This document shows positions 8,477 through 17,272 of a DNA stretch of 64,000 bases, piece by piece. Made by a program: the position numbers and the translations under genes. The stretch comes from a virus: the IMG/VR virus record IMGVR_UViG_3300045119_000157, positions 19,579-83,578 of that record. One strand, written 5' to 3'. A model generated the notes under the pieces. It was given only the letters and a program-made list of their open reading frames with translations, made no database searches and had not been told where the DNA came from. Numbering within the stretch: position 1 is the first letter of the stretch; each line of letters opens with the position of its first letter.

Positions 8477-10854
8477 CGCTCGTAGAGACGAACGGGCATG
8501 GCCCGGTCATGTCGTTCACGTCGTCGTCGAGTGAGGCGCTCACCGCGTCCGCCCGGAAGATCGACTATGCGTCCACGGAGGAGAAAGCCCGGTACCGGAA
8601 ACGGCAGAAGGGCTGGCAGGACGAGGCGTGGCGGTACTACGACGAATGCCCGGAGATCTGGTACGGCGCGAACTTCGTAGCGAACTGCCTCCGCAAGATC
8701 CGTCTCGTACCCGCGACGCAGCCGGACGTGTCGCAGCCGCCGACACCGATCTACGACCCGGCCGGTGTAGTCAACGAGCAGGGACCGGGCAACGACAGCG
8801 ACGAGATCACACCGCCGCCGCCGACCGAGATCGAGATGGAAGCCATCGACCTCGTGAAGCGTCTCGGGCGCGCCGACGGCGGCGTCGGGGGACTCATGGC
8901 CGGGTTCGGGTTGAACCTTTCGATCCCCGGCGAATGTGTCCTCGTCGCCGCTGACGACGAACTCGGGAACGAACACTGGGCGGTGTACTCGACGGACCAG
9001 GTGTTCGTGAACTCGCAGGGTGTGTGGGCGATCCGCACCGCCGCGGGCGACAAGAAGGGCACGCCGCTCCCCGACAACAGCGTCGCGTATCGTTTCTGGC
9101 GTCCGCATCCGCGGTGGTCGGAGACGGCCGACTCGCCGATGCGTCCCCTGCTGGACGTGGTCGAGGAGTTGATGATCCTGTCCCGCACGATCCGCGCTAC
9201 GGGCCGGTCGCGGCTAGCGGGCGCAGGGATGCTCCTGTGGCCCGCCGAAGCGAACCTCGGGTCCGCTACACCGTCGACTGACCCGACGGTGTCCGGGCAG
9301 GCTGTCGACCCGGTCCTCGCGGACATGATGCAAGCGATGATGACCCCGATCGGTGACGAAGGTGTCGCCGCCGCGGTCGTGCCGCTCCTCATGCGTGTCC
9401 CCGACCAGTACATCAAGAGCATCCAGCACCTTCACTTCGACCGGCCGATCGACCCGGAGATGGCGAAGCAGCGCGACGAGTTGCGCCGCCGCATCGCGAC
9501 GGGTCTCGACATTCCCGCTCAGGTGATCCTCGGTCTCGAAGACCTGAACCACTGGAATGCATGGATGGTCGACGAGCAGACGTTCAAGGCGCACCTCGAA
9601 CCGCTCGTCGTGCAGATCTGCGGGAGTCTCACGTCCGCGTATCTGCGGCCGCTGCTCGGCATCAACGACGAACTCGACTCTGACCTGCTCGTCTGGTATG
9701 ACGCGACGGCGCTGATCGGGCACCCGAACCGGGAGCAGTCAGCGAAGGACGCGTTCGACCGTTACCTCATCAGCGAGGACGCGGGACGCCGGTATCTCGG
9801 GTTCAGCGACGAGGACGAACCGTCCGATCAGGAAGTGCAGGAACGCGTCGCCCGGAAGTCGATCGAACGCCTCGGTCCGCTCCGCACTGGCGAGGTGCTC
9901 GGCGAGACGACGGAAGTGTCCGGCGCGGAGACAGTCGAGCCGGGCATCCCCGCTACCGGACCCGACGCAGGCCAGGCGCCGACGCCTGTGACCGCGTCGG
10001 CTGGGCGCCGTACGGCACGGTCCGGGTGGAAACTCGCTCACCGTGACCGGGACATGCGTACACGTCTCACGACCGCCGCTGACGCTGCGGTGTTCCGTGC
10101 GTTGGAGCGTGCCGGGGCGACGCTGCGCCGCCACACGTCGAAGGACGCGACGGTGAAGTCGATCCTCACGGACGTCCCGAACCATCAGGTCGCATCAGTC
10201 CTCGGGGCGGAAGCGGTCCTGTCGTTCGGTGTCGACACGGAGCAGATGCTGGCCGACTCGTTCGATTCGCTGTCGATGCAGTTCGACCGGATCGTGCAAC
10301 GCGCACAGCAGGACGTGCGGGACATGATCGACGAACTCGACGACGACGACGAGATCGACATGGACGCTGTCGCCGCGCAGCAGGGCGAGGACCGCCGCGA
10401 AGCCGCCGCGCTGCTCGTCGCTGCTCTCGCTGCGCTCGCGACGGCCCGGATCTTCGACCCGCACCCGGAGGCCGCACCTCTCGGCGAGCACGACACCGAA
10501 CTTCTCGTCCCGCCCGGCTACCTCCGCGAGGCGCTCGCTGTCGCTGGTGGCAGTCCGGCGCCGTCCGCGCTCGACGGGACCGTGGATGCTGCGACGGGCG
10601 GCATCTTCACGGGCGACCTGATCTCGTCGGTGTGGAACAAGCTCGGTGTCGGTCCCCGCGGGTACGAGTGGTTCGTGGGTGCTCCGGCCCGGCCGTTCGA
10701 GCCGCATCAGGATCTCGACGGAGTCCAGTTCGAGACGTTCTCGGATGACGTGCTGGCCGCTGATGGCGGGGAGTTCCCGTTCGTGGATTTCTACCGGCCC
10801 GGCGACCATCTCGGGTGCCAGTGCGACTTCGCGCCGATCCTGGCGGAGGAATAG
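8473..10854 (+). CDS. Portal protein with C-terminal MuF-like extension
   Basis: WQDEAW.YYD..PE, RFWRPHP...ADSP, RRIATGLDIP..LG..NHW motifs; C-terminal H..LDG...PGDHLGCQC. Confidence 0.8.
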   Translation: MTLVETNGHGPVMSFTSSSSEALTASARKIDYASTEEKARYRKRQKGWQDEAWRYYDECPEIWYGANFVANCLRKIRLVPATQPDVSQPPTPIYDPAGVVNEQGPGNDSDEITPPPPTEIEMEAIDLVKRLGRADGGVGGLMAGFGLNLSIPGECVLVAADDELGNEHWAVYSTDQVFVNSQGVWAIRTAAGDKKGTPLPDNSVAYRFWRPHPRWSETADSPMRPLLDVVEELMILSRTIRATGRSRLAGAGMLLWPAEANLGSATPSTDPTVSGQAVDPVLADMMQAMMTPIGDEGVAAAVVPLLMRVPDQYIKSIQHLHFDRPIDPEMAKQRDELRRRIATGLDIPAQVILGLEDLNHWNAWMVDEQTFKAHLEPLVVQICGSLTSAYLRPLLGINDELDSDLLVWYDATALIGHPNREQSAKDAFDRYLISEDAGRRYLGFSDEDEPSDQEVQERVARKSIERLGPLRTGEVLGETTEVSGAETVEPGIPATGPDAGQAPTPVTASAGRRTARSGWKLAHRDRDMRTRLTTAADAAVFRALERAGATLRRHTSKDATVKSILTDVPNHQVASVLGAEAVLSFGVDTEQMLADSFDSLSMQFDRIVQRAQQDVRDMIDELDDDDEIDMDAVAAQQGEDRREAAALLVAALAALATARIFDPHPEAAPLGEHDTELLVPPGYLREALAVAGGSPAPSALDGTVDAATGGIFTGDLISSVWNKLGVGPRGYEWFVGAPARPFEPHQDLDGVQFETFSDDVLAADGGEFPFVDFYRPGDHLGCQCDFAPILAEE

Positions 10855-10855
10855 C

Positions 10856-10884
10856 TGGACAGTCAGGTACACCGGGTGTACGGT
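10856..10884 (+). promoter_or_regulatory. Class A promoter/operator, copy 4 (between portal and protease)
   Basis: TGGACA-17-TACGGT with the perfect palindrome, beginning just after the portal stop. Confidence 0.85.
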
Positions 10885-10890
10885 GCGGGT

Positions 10891-11046
10891 ATGGAAAAGC
10901 CGATGGCGCAGAAGTTCACAGTCGAGATCACCCTGAACGAGACCTCACTGCGGCTGACGGGTGCGGCCACCCAAGACGAGATCGAGGAGGCCATCCGCCG
11001 CCACTTCGCGTCGTCGCTCGAAGACGTCACAGTCTCGGGCGGCTGA
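10891..11046 (+). CDS. 51-aa cassette protein MEKPMAQKFTVEITL...
   Basis: Leaderless ATG plus start motif; not in the ORF track. Confidence 0.65.
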   Translation: MEKPMAQKFTVEITLNETSLRLTGAATQDEIEEAIRRHFASSLEDVTVSGG

Positions 11047-11114
11047 CGGGTTCCACGGGCTAGGACCGTCCGAAGGGTACGCTCCCGACCTAGCCGTCAG
11101 AGGAGTGGACCGTC

Positions 11115-13046
11115 ATGCTCATACCCGTCCGAGGTATCGCCGTCAACGTGGGAGAGCAGACCGGCGACGGCCGGTACATCGTGCCCGGCGCGGTCACGTT
11201 CGCTGACCTGCCGTTGCCGATCGGCTGGCTTGTCGACGGCGACCAGCACGCACAGATGTCGTTCCGTGACCCGCAGATCGGGAACATCACGTCAATGTCG
11301 TACGTGCCCGGCGGTGTCGCGTTCCAGGGTGTCATCGACGACCAGATCCCTGACGGGGCGGAGGCGTTGCGGCGCATGGCGGCAGGGTCCGCGCCGACGG
11401 GGATGACGTTCCCGGTGTCGATCGACCCGGACGACTGGGCTGTCCAACTCGTCGACCCGTCCGGTGACAGCTTGGGCGGCGGGATGGTGATGCTGGCGTC
11501 ATCGGGTGTCGTGAAGCCGGGCGAACGGTTCGATCCGGCGTGGACGGTGAAGTCACTCCGGTTGGCGTTGCAGCGGTCCGGTGTCCTCGTCGCCGCGTCG
11601 GGCGCTGGTGACCCGTCGGTGGACGGCAGCGTCGTGTTCGAGGATGCGTCGGATTCGCTGGTGGCACGGTTCACCCGTCTCCGTATCCGCGGGTTGACGA
11701 TGTGCAGCGTCGCCGCGTTCGCGGGTTCGTACATGGAGCAGGATCCGGGACCCGACCCGATGGACGGCTCTCTCGCTGACGTGGCCTCTGTGGTCGCCGC
11801 TGGCGCCAGGATGTCGGGGTCGTACGCGAACACGGCTCCGTCAACGTGGGGGAGTCTCACGTCACCCGGTCCGGCCACGGACGGCAACGTCGAAGTGGAC
11901 ACGGAGTTCAAGGCGCTCCCGGTGCATCACACCGCGACCACGGACGTCGCGTGGGACGGCGGCGCCGCGACCGCGGCCGCGAACGGTGCAGCCGAGTTGA
12001 AGTACATGAACGCCTGGCAGGACTCCTCCGCGGGCGCCGACCCGGATCTGAAGGGGTCCTACAAGTTCCCGCATCACGCTGCGGGCACGGACACGCCAGC
12101 GAACCTGAACGGCGTCCGGAACGCCCTGTCTCGGCTCCCGCAGTCGAAGATCCCGGATGGTGACGTCGAGGGCGTGAAGGCACATCTTCAGGCGCACCTC
12201 GATGACGGTGACAACGGGAAGGCTGTCGCCGCGTCGTCGTCCCCGGTGCGGGTGAAGGTGAACCTCGCGGAGCCGCCGCTCGCATGGTTCCAGAATCCGG
12301 GTCTCGCTCTCGCGTCGCCGCTGACGATCACGAACGAGGGACGCATCCTCGGCCACATCGCCCTGAAGTATTCGTGCCACACGGGCTACACGGACCGCTG
12401 CGTCGTCCCGCCGATGGGCGGCTCGTACGACCGTTTTCATGTCGGTGAGACAGTCTGCTCGGACGGGTCGACCGTCGCGTCGGGCGTGTTCGCGTGGGGG
12501 ATCCCGCACGCTGACCTGTCCGTGTCACTCCTCGAAGCGTGGGCGCACTACGCGGACGCCCGGTACGGGTTCGGCCGTTCCGTCGTCGGCGAGGACGAGT
12601 ACGGCATCTGGTTCTCGGGTGCACTGTTCCCCGACATCGAAGCGAACGACATCTCGGTCCTCCGTGCCCTGTCCATGTCCGGCGACTGGCGCCGCGACGC
12701 GCGCAGCGGGAAGCTGTCCCTCATCGCTGCGCTGGCGGTGAACTTCCCCGGCTTCCCTATCCCGCGGACCGCGATCACCGCGTCCGGCGGCGAAGTCATC
12801 GACGCCGACTCGTGGGAACTCGACTCGCCGGAACCGTTCTTCGATGTCGACGACAACGGTGACGTCCGCTCGCTCGTAGCGTGCGGCCGGGTGGCGCCTC
12901 GCGCGCTGACCGCCGGGTGCGGCTGCGACGACGACCTGTCCGGCGAGGTGGCGCTCCTGAAGGCTCAGGTGACGCGCATGGAGCGTCTCCTGTCGCCGCT
13001 GTACCCGACGATCGCTGAGCGGCTCGACGAGCGCACGGCGCGCTGA
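11115..13046 (+). CDS. Capsid maturation protease-like protein (multi-domain)
   Basis: Lies between portal and capsid; TGDGR, IRGLT...AF, GRILGHIA..CH.G and SGDWR motifs. Confidence 0.7.
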   Translation: MLIPVRGIAVNVGEQTGDGRYIVPGAVTFADLPLPIGWLVDGDQHAQMSFRDPQIGNITSMSYVPGGVAFQGVIDDQIPDGAEALRRMAAGSAPTGMTFPVSIDPDDWAVQLVDPSGDSLGGGMVMLASSGVVKPGERFDPAWTVKSLRLALQRSGVLVAASGAGDPSVDGSVVFEDASDSLVARFTRLRIRGLTMCSVAAFAGSYMEQDPGPDPMDGSLADVASVVAAGARMSGSYANTAPSTWGSLTSPGPATDGNVEVDTEFKALPVHHTATTDVAWDGGAATAAANGAAELKYMNAWQDSSAGADPDLKGSYKFPHHAAGTDTPANLNGVRNALSRLPQSKIPDGDVEGVKAHLQAHLDDGDNGKAVAASSSPVRVKVNLAEPPLAWFQNPGLALASPLTITNEGRILGHIALKYSCHTGYTDRCVVPPMGGSYDRFHVGETVCSDGSTVASGVFAWGIPHADLSVSLLEAWAHYADARYGFGRSVVGEDEYGIWFSGALFPDIEANDISVLRALSMSGDWRRDARSGKLSLIAALAVNFPGFPIPRTAITASGGEVIDADSWELDSPEPFFDVDDNGDVRSLVACGRVAPRALTAGCGCDDDLSGEVALLKAQVTRMERLLSPLYPTIAERLDERTAR

Positions 13047-13198
13047 TCCACCTGCCCGTTCTTCGGGCGTGCTACACATTCGGATTCAAGAGCGGTCGAT
13101 CTAGTGAGGTCGGCTGACTACGAGGTCGTCTGGCAGTCGCCGGGCCATCGGTGCTCGCAAGACGTCAGACACAGCAGGGACCGACCTCGGAGGCTCAG

Positions 13199-15007
13199 AT
13201 GGACCGCTTGCTCGAACTGCTCGCTCGGATCGCCGCGCTCGTCGCGGAGGCCGCTGACTCGGAGCGGCCACTGGCCGAAGTGCCGCAGGAGGAGTTGGAG
13301 TCGCTCCTGTCGGACCTTCAGGAGGCGTACGCCGAAGCCCGTGAAGGGTCGCTCACCACGTCGGTCATCGACGCTCTCGAACAGGGTGCGTCCGCGATCC
13401 AGACCGTCGTCGCTGAGGACAACACCCGCGTCGAGGAGCATGAGGCTCTCGAAGCTCGGGCTGCTGAACTGGACGCTCTCGCGATCCCGGTCGTCGAGGC
13501 GGAAGCCGACGAGGCCGAAGCTGCCGACGGTGAGACCGACCCCATCGACGCCGCCGAGGCGGTCATCGACGTGGCCAGCGAGGAGGCACCGGAGCCGGAG
13601 GCGGCGCCGCAGGCTGATGAGCGTGTCCTCGTGCCCGCCACGGCCGCACCCGCACCCGCACCCGCTGCCCGTGTCCGTGTCCCGCTCGCTCGTATGCGTG
13701 AGCGGCAGCCCGCCAGTGCCCGTCCGACACCGCCCGAGATCCAGCGCCGCCGTGTCATCGCCGCTGCTGGCCTCCCGAACGTCGCTCCCGGCGGCGAGTT
13801 CTCGTCACGTCGGGAACTGTCCGAGACGTTCATCCGGACGTGGGACGCGAACGTCGGCGCAGCCGGTGACGGCGTGCAGGTCGCGGTCGCTCGCATCGAG
13901 ACGCCGTACCCGGATGACCATCGCATCGGCCCGGACGCTTCGCCGTTCATGACGACGTCGATCATGGAGCGCGCGGTCACTGACTTCACCGACTCGATCG
14001 TCGCTGCTGGCGGTATCTGCGCTCCGACCGAGCCGTACTACCCGCAGGCGATGATCTCGACGTCGGCTCGTCCGGTGTTCGACGGCCTCCCTCGGATCCA
14101 GGCGACCCGCGGTGGCATCAACTGGGTCAGCCCGCCGACGCTGTCGTCGATCCTGACATCGCCGTCCGGTCAGACCGCCGGGACCGCGATCTCGCAGGTC
14201 ACCGCCGCGCAGGACCTCGCGAACGCAACGAAGCCGCATCAGCTTGTGACGTGCGGCGCGACGCAGAACGCGCAGATCTACGCGGTCACGAACATTCTGG
14301 AGTTCGGCAACATGCAGGGCCGGACGTACCCGGAACTCGTCGATGCGTGGTCCGGGTTGGCGGAGGCGGCGTGGGCACGGTTCGCTGAGAACCTGCTCCT
14401 GTCCGGCATCGTGTCCGGCTCGACCGCTGTCACGTCGGTACAGGTCCTCGGTGTCGCCCGCGACATCCTGAACCAGGCGACCGTCGCGGCGGAGGCGTAC
14501 CGCAACCGGCATCGCATGGACCCGATGGCGACCATCGTGTGCATGTTCCCCCGCTGGCTGATCGGCGCGATCCAGTCGGACATCTGGTCGGCGTTCAACA
14601 CGGGCGACGACGAAGCGAACACCGTGTCGCAGGCCAGCATCGAAAGCTGGTTCCGTGTCCGGAACATCCGGGTGATCTGGTTCCAGGACGGTGTCGGTCC
14701 AGGCAACCCGGCCGCGCAGATCTTCCCGGCGCAGGCCGCGGGCGCTCTCCTGTCATGGCCGAAGGTGTGCCAGTGGTACATGTTCCACGAGGGCGCATGG
14801 CTGATCCTCGACGGTGGCACCCTCGACCTCGGCATCGTCCGAGACTCGACGCTGAACGCGGCGAACAAGTACCAGATGTTCTTCGAGTCGTTCGAGAACA
14901 TCGCGTTCGTCGGGATCGAGTCGCTGCGTATCCGCTCGACGATCTGTGTGAACGGCGCTACCGCCGGGACCATCGATCCGTCCACGATCTGCGACGGCGG
15001 CTCCTGA
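13199..15007 (+). CDS. Major capsid protein with N-terminal acidic scaffold region
   Basis: GGAGG SD; AAGGICAP, RGGI.W, LDLGIVRDSTLN..N.YQMF.E.FE motifs of actinophage capsids. Confidence 0.85.
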   Translation: MDRLLELLARIAALVAEAADSERPLAEVPQEELESLLSDLQEAYAEAREGSLTTSVIDALEQGASAIQTVVAEDNTRVEEHEALEARAAELDALAIPVVEAEADEAEAADGETDPIDAAEAVIDVASEEAPEPEAAPQADERVLVPATAAPAPAPAARVRVPLARMRERQPASARPTPPEIQRRRVIAAAGLPNVAPGGEFSSRRELSETFIRTWDANVGAAGDGVQVAVARIETPYPDDHRIGPDASPFMTTSIMERAVTDFTDSIVAAGGICAPTEPYYPQAMISTSARPVFDGLPRIQATRGGINWVSPPTLSSILTSPSGQTAGTAISQVTAAQDLANATKPHQLVTCGATQNAQIYAVTNILEFGNMQGRTYPELVDAWSGLAEAAWARFAENLLLSGIVSGSTAVTSVQVLGVARDILNQATVAAEAYRNRHRMDPMATIVCMFPRWLIGAIQSDIWSAFNTGDDEANTVSQASIESWFRVRNIRVIWFQDGVGPGNPAAQIFPAQAAGALLSWPKVCQWYMFHEGAWLILDGGTLDLGIVRDSTLNAANKYQMFFESFENIAFVGIESLRIRSTICVNGATAGTIDPSTICDGGS

Positions 15008-15070
15008 GTCTTCGGACCTCTGGCCGGGTTCGAGGAATAGGGGATGGGATGACGAGGGGAGGTGGACTGA

Positions 15071-15973
15071 ATGGCTGATCTGCTGAGAGTGGTAGACCCG
15101 ACGCCTTACGGTCCGCCTCGCCTCGGCCTACTCGCCTCGATCGAAGTGATCGAGGAGGCCGACGAGGATCTCCGCACCGGAATCAAGTTCGTACCTGAGC
15201 CGTGCGGCGGCGAGGGCGGCGCATACGACATCACCTGCGGCGCGACCGTGGACGTGTCCGGCGACAAGTCGACGGTCCCGCCGTACGAGCAGTTCTCCAC
15301 GTTCGGCGTGTACGAACCGGAGTCGTGCTCCACGTTCGGCATGGCCGGTGTCAACACGGACCAGCGCGCTCAGCGAGCGATGCTGCTTGACGAGTCGAAG
15401 CAGGTCGAGAAAGAGTTCTGGACCGGCACGATCGCTCAGGCCCGCGACGGTGGAGCAGCGAACAGCAACGCGCGATGGCTGGCACGCCAGACGGCAGGTC
15501 CGCAGAACGGCGCGACGTTCCCGCCCGCGGTCACCCAGTTGAACGGCGGCGCCGCGACGATCGCGGTCCGCGCTCTCGCTGATCTAGAGCAGGCGATCGC
15601 CGCAGCCCGGTCCGGTGGACGGGGGATGATCCACTGCACCCGTGTCACCGCGTCGTACTGGATCCGCGAGCAGATGCTCTACCGGAGCGGCAACCTGCTC
15701 CTCACTCACTGCTCCGACACGATCGTCGTCGCGGGCGAGGGCTACCCCGGTTCTTCACCTGCGGGGTCAGGGATGCCCTCTGACCACAACACCGCATGGG
15801 CGTACGCGACCGGGCTGATCCGGGCGCGACGCACACCCGTCGAGGTTTACACGCCAGCGTCGCCGGAACTCACGACCTCGAACCGTCGCACCTCCATCGC
15901 CACCCGCACCTACGCACTGGAAATCGACCCGTGCGTATACGTCGGGATCAACGTCACCAACAGCACCTCATGA
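15071..15973 (+). CDS. Minor capsid/decoration-like protein
   Basis: Follows MCP; E..VE.EFW, GMIH and VVAG.GY motifs. Confidence 0.55.
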   Translation: MADLLRVVDPTPYGPPRLGLLASIEVIEEADEDLRTGIKFVPEPCGGEGGAYDITCGATVDVSGDKSTVPPYEQFSTFGVYEPESCSTFGMAGVNTDQRAQRAMLLDESKQVEKEFWTGTIAQARDGGAANSNARWLARQTAGPQNGATFPPAVTQLNGGAATIAVRALADLEQAIAAARSGGRGMIHCTRVTASYWIREQMLYRSGNLLLTHCSDTIVVAGEGYPGSSPAGSGMPSDHNTAWAYATGLIRARRTPVEVYTPASPELTTSNRRTSIATRTYALEIDPCVYVGINVTNSTS

Positions 15974-15986
15974 GGAGATTCACCTA

Positions 15987-16676
15987 ATGGCCGGTACCTG
16001 CTTCACGTCTTTGCAGTTGTGCGCCCTCCGGGTCGCGCAGTTGTCGACCGCCGGGCGCCCACAGGTTCCCGGCACGAACAAGGGTTACGTCACCGACGCG
16101 GCGATCAAGCTGCAAGTCGGCGTGACCCTCACGACCGGCGCGGACTTGGAGCAGCAGAACGGCTGCGGTGCCGTGTGCGCGGCGTTCAAGCAGCCGGACC
16201 GCATCAAGCGTGTCGACCTGTCGATGGACCTCTGCCAGTTCGACGCACAGATCGTGGCGCTTCTCACCGACGGCGGTGTCATCTCGTCCGGCGGTAACGC
16301 GGTCGGGTTCCAGTTCCCGTCCACGACCGGCGCCGACCCTCGACCCGTGTGCATCGAAGCATGGTCGAAGGCGTGGAACGGATCGCAGCAGGCCAGCCCG
16401 ACGTTCACCGCACCGAACGCGGCATACATCCACTGGGTGTTCCCGTTCGTGCAGTTCACGTTCGGCCAGTTCACGATCGACAACACCCTTCAGGTGCTGC
16501 CGCTCACCGGGCCGGGCACACCGAACGCGTTCATCACCGCGAACGGCCCGTTCGACGACTGGCCTGTCAGCGTCGCGAACGCTGGCGGCATCACGCAGGT
16601 CGGCGGCTGGTTCCTCGACGGCAACCTCCCGAACGTGGCCTGCAACTACATCAACACCACCAGCGCAGCGTCATGA
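15987..16676 (+). CDS. Major tail (tube) protein
   Basis: LRVAQL...G.P, Q.NGCG.VC, IEAWSK and HWVFP motifs. Confidence 0.7.
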   Translation: MAGTCFTSLQLCALRVAQLSTAGRPQVPGTNKGYVTDAAIKLQVGVTLTTGADLEQQNGCGAVCAAFKQPDRIKRVDLSMDLCQFDAQIVALLTDGGVISSGGNAVGFQFPSTTGADPRPVCIEAWSKAWNGSQQASPTFTAPNAAYIHWVFPFVQFTFGQFTIDNTLQVLPLTGPGTPNAFITANGPFDDWPVSVANAGGITQVGGWFLDGNLPNVACNYINTTSAAS

Positions 16677-16720
16677 GGCGGGGCTAGCTATACGGTGAAG
16701 GTAGCCGTATCGTTGGCCCT

Positions 16721-17251
16721 ATGGCACAGAGAACACGGACTCGACCCGGAGATGAGATCGGACCGTTCACAATCCTCGAAGTCGGAGAGCGTCGAGTGCT
16801 CCCCGACAACCGGGGAACCGTCGTCCTCTGGAGAGTGCGCTGTGGACTATGCGGCAGCGATGACTACCAGGGCACGACGGGTGACCTCCGCCGCAACAAG
16901 AGTTGCGGCTGCGTCCCGCAGGGACGGTGGACTGGTCCTCGATCCGACGAGTTCAAGGCGAAGGTGTCGGCATCGCTCAAAGGCAAGCGGTCCGGCGCTG
17001 ATAACCCGAACTGGCGAGGCGATGAAGCTGGCTATTACGCGCTCCACGCCTATGTCAACCGGCACTTCGAAGCGTGTCCATGTGAGAACTGCGGGCGCAC
17101 CGATGGCCGGTTGGAGTGGGCGCAGAAACATGACGCCACGCCGACGCGGGAGCGTTCTGGCTGGCTCCGACTGTGCGTCCGATGCCACCGACTGTACGAC
17201 GAGAACCCGCTCGCGACGGGCGCGTACTGGGCAGCGCATCGCACGGAGTAG
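16721..17251 (+). CDS. HNH-type homing endonuclease-like protein
   Basis: W.VRC.CG...SCGC N-domain, NUMOD3-like KAKVSASLKG..NPNWRG, CENCG...LCVRCH. Confidence 0.7.
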   Translation: MAQRTRTRPGDEIGPFTILEVGERRVLPDNRGTVVLWRVRCGLCGSDDYQGTTGDLRRNKSCGCVPQGRWTGPRSDEFKAKVSASLKGKRSGADNPNWRGDEAGYYALHAYVNRHFEACPCENCGRTDGRLEWAQKHDATPTRERSGWLRLCVRCHRLYDENPLATGAYWAAHRTE

Positions 17252-17272
17252 CTGCCGCTGGGAGGCGGTGGC

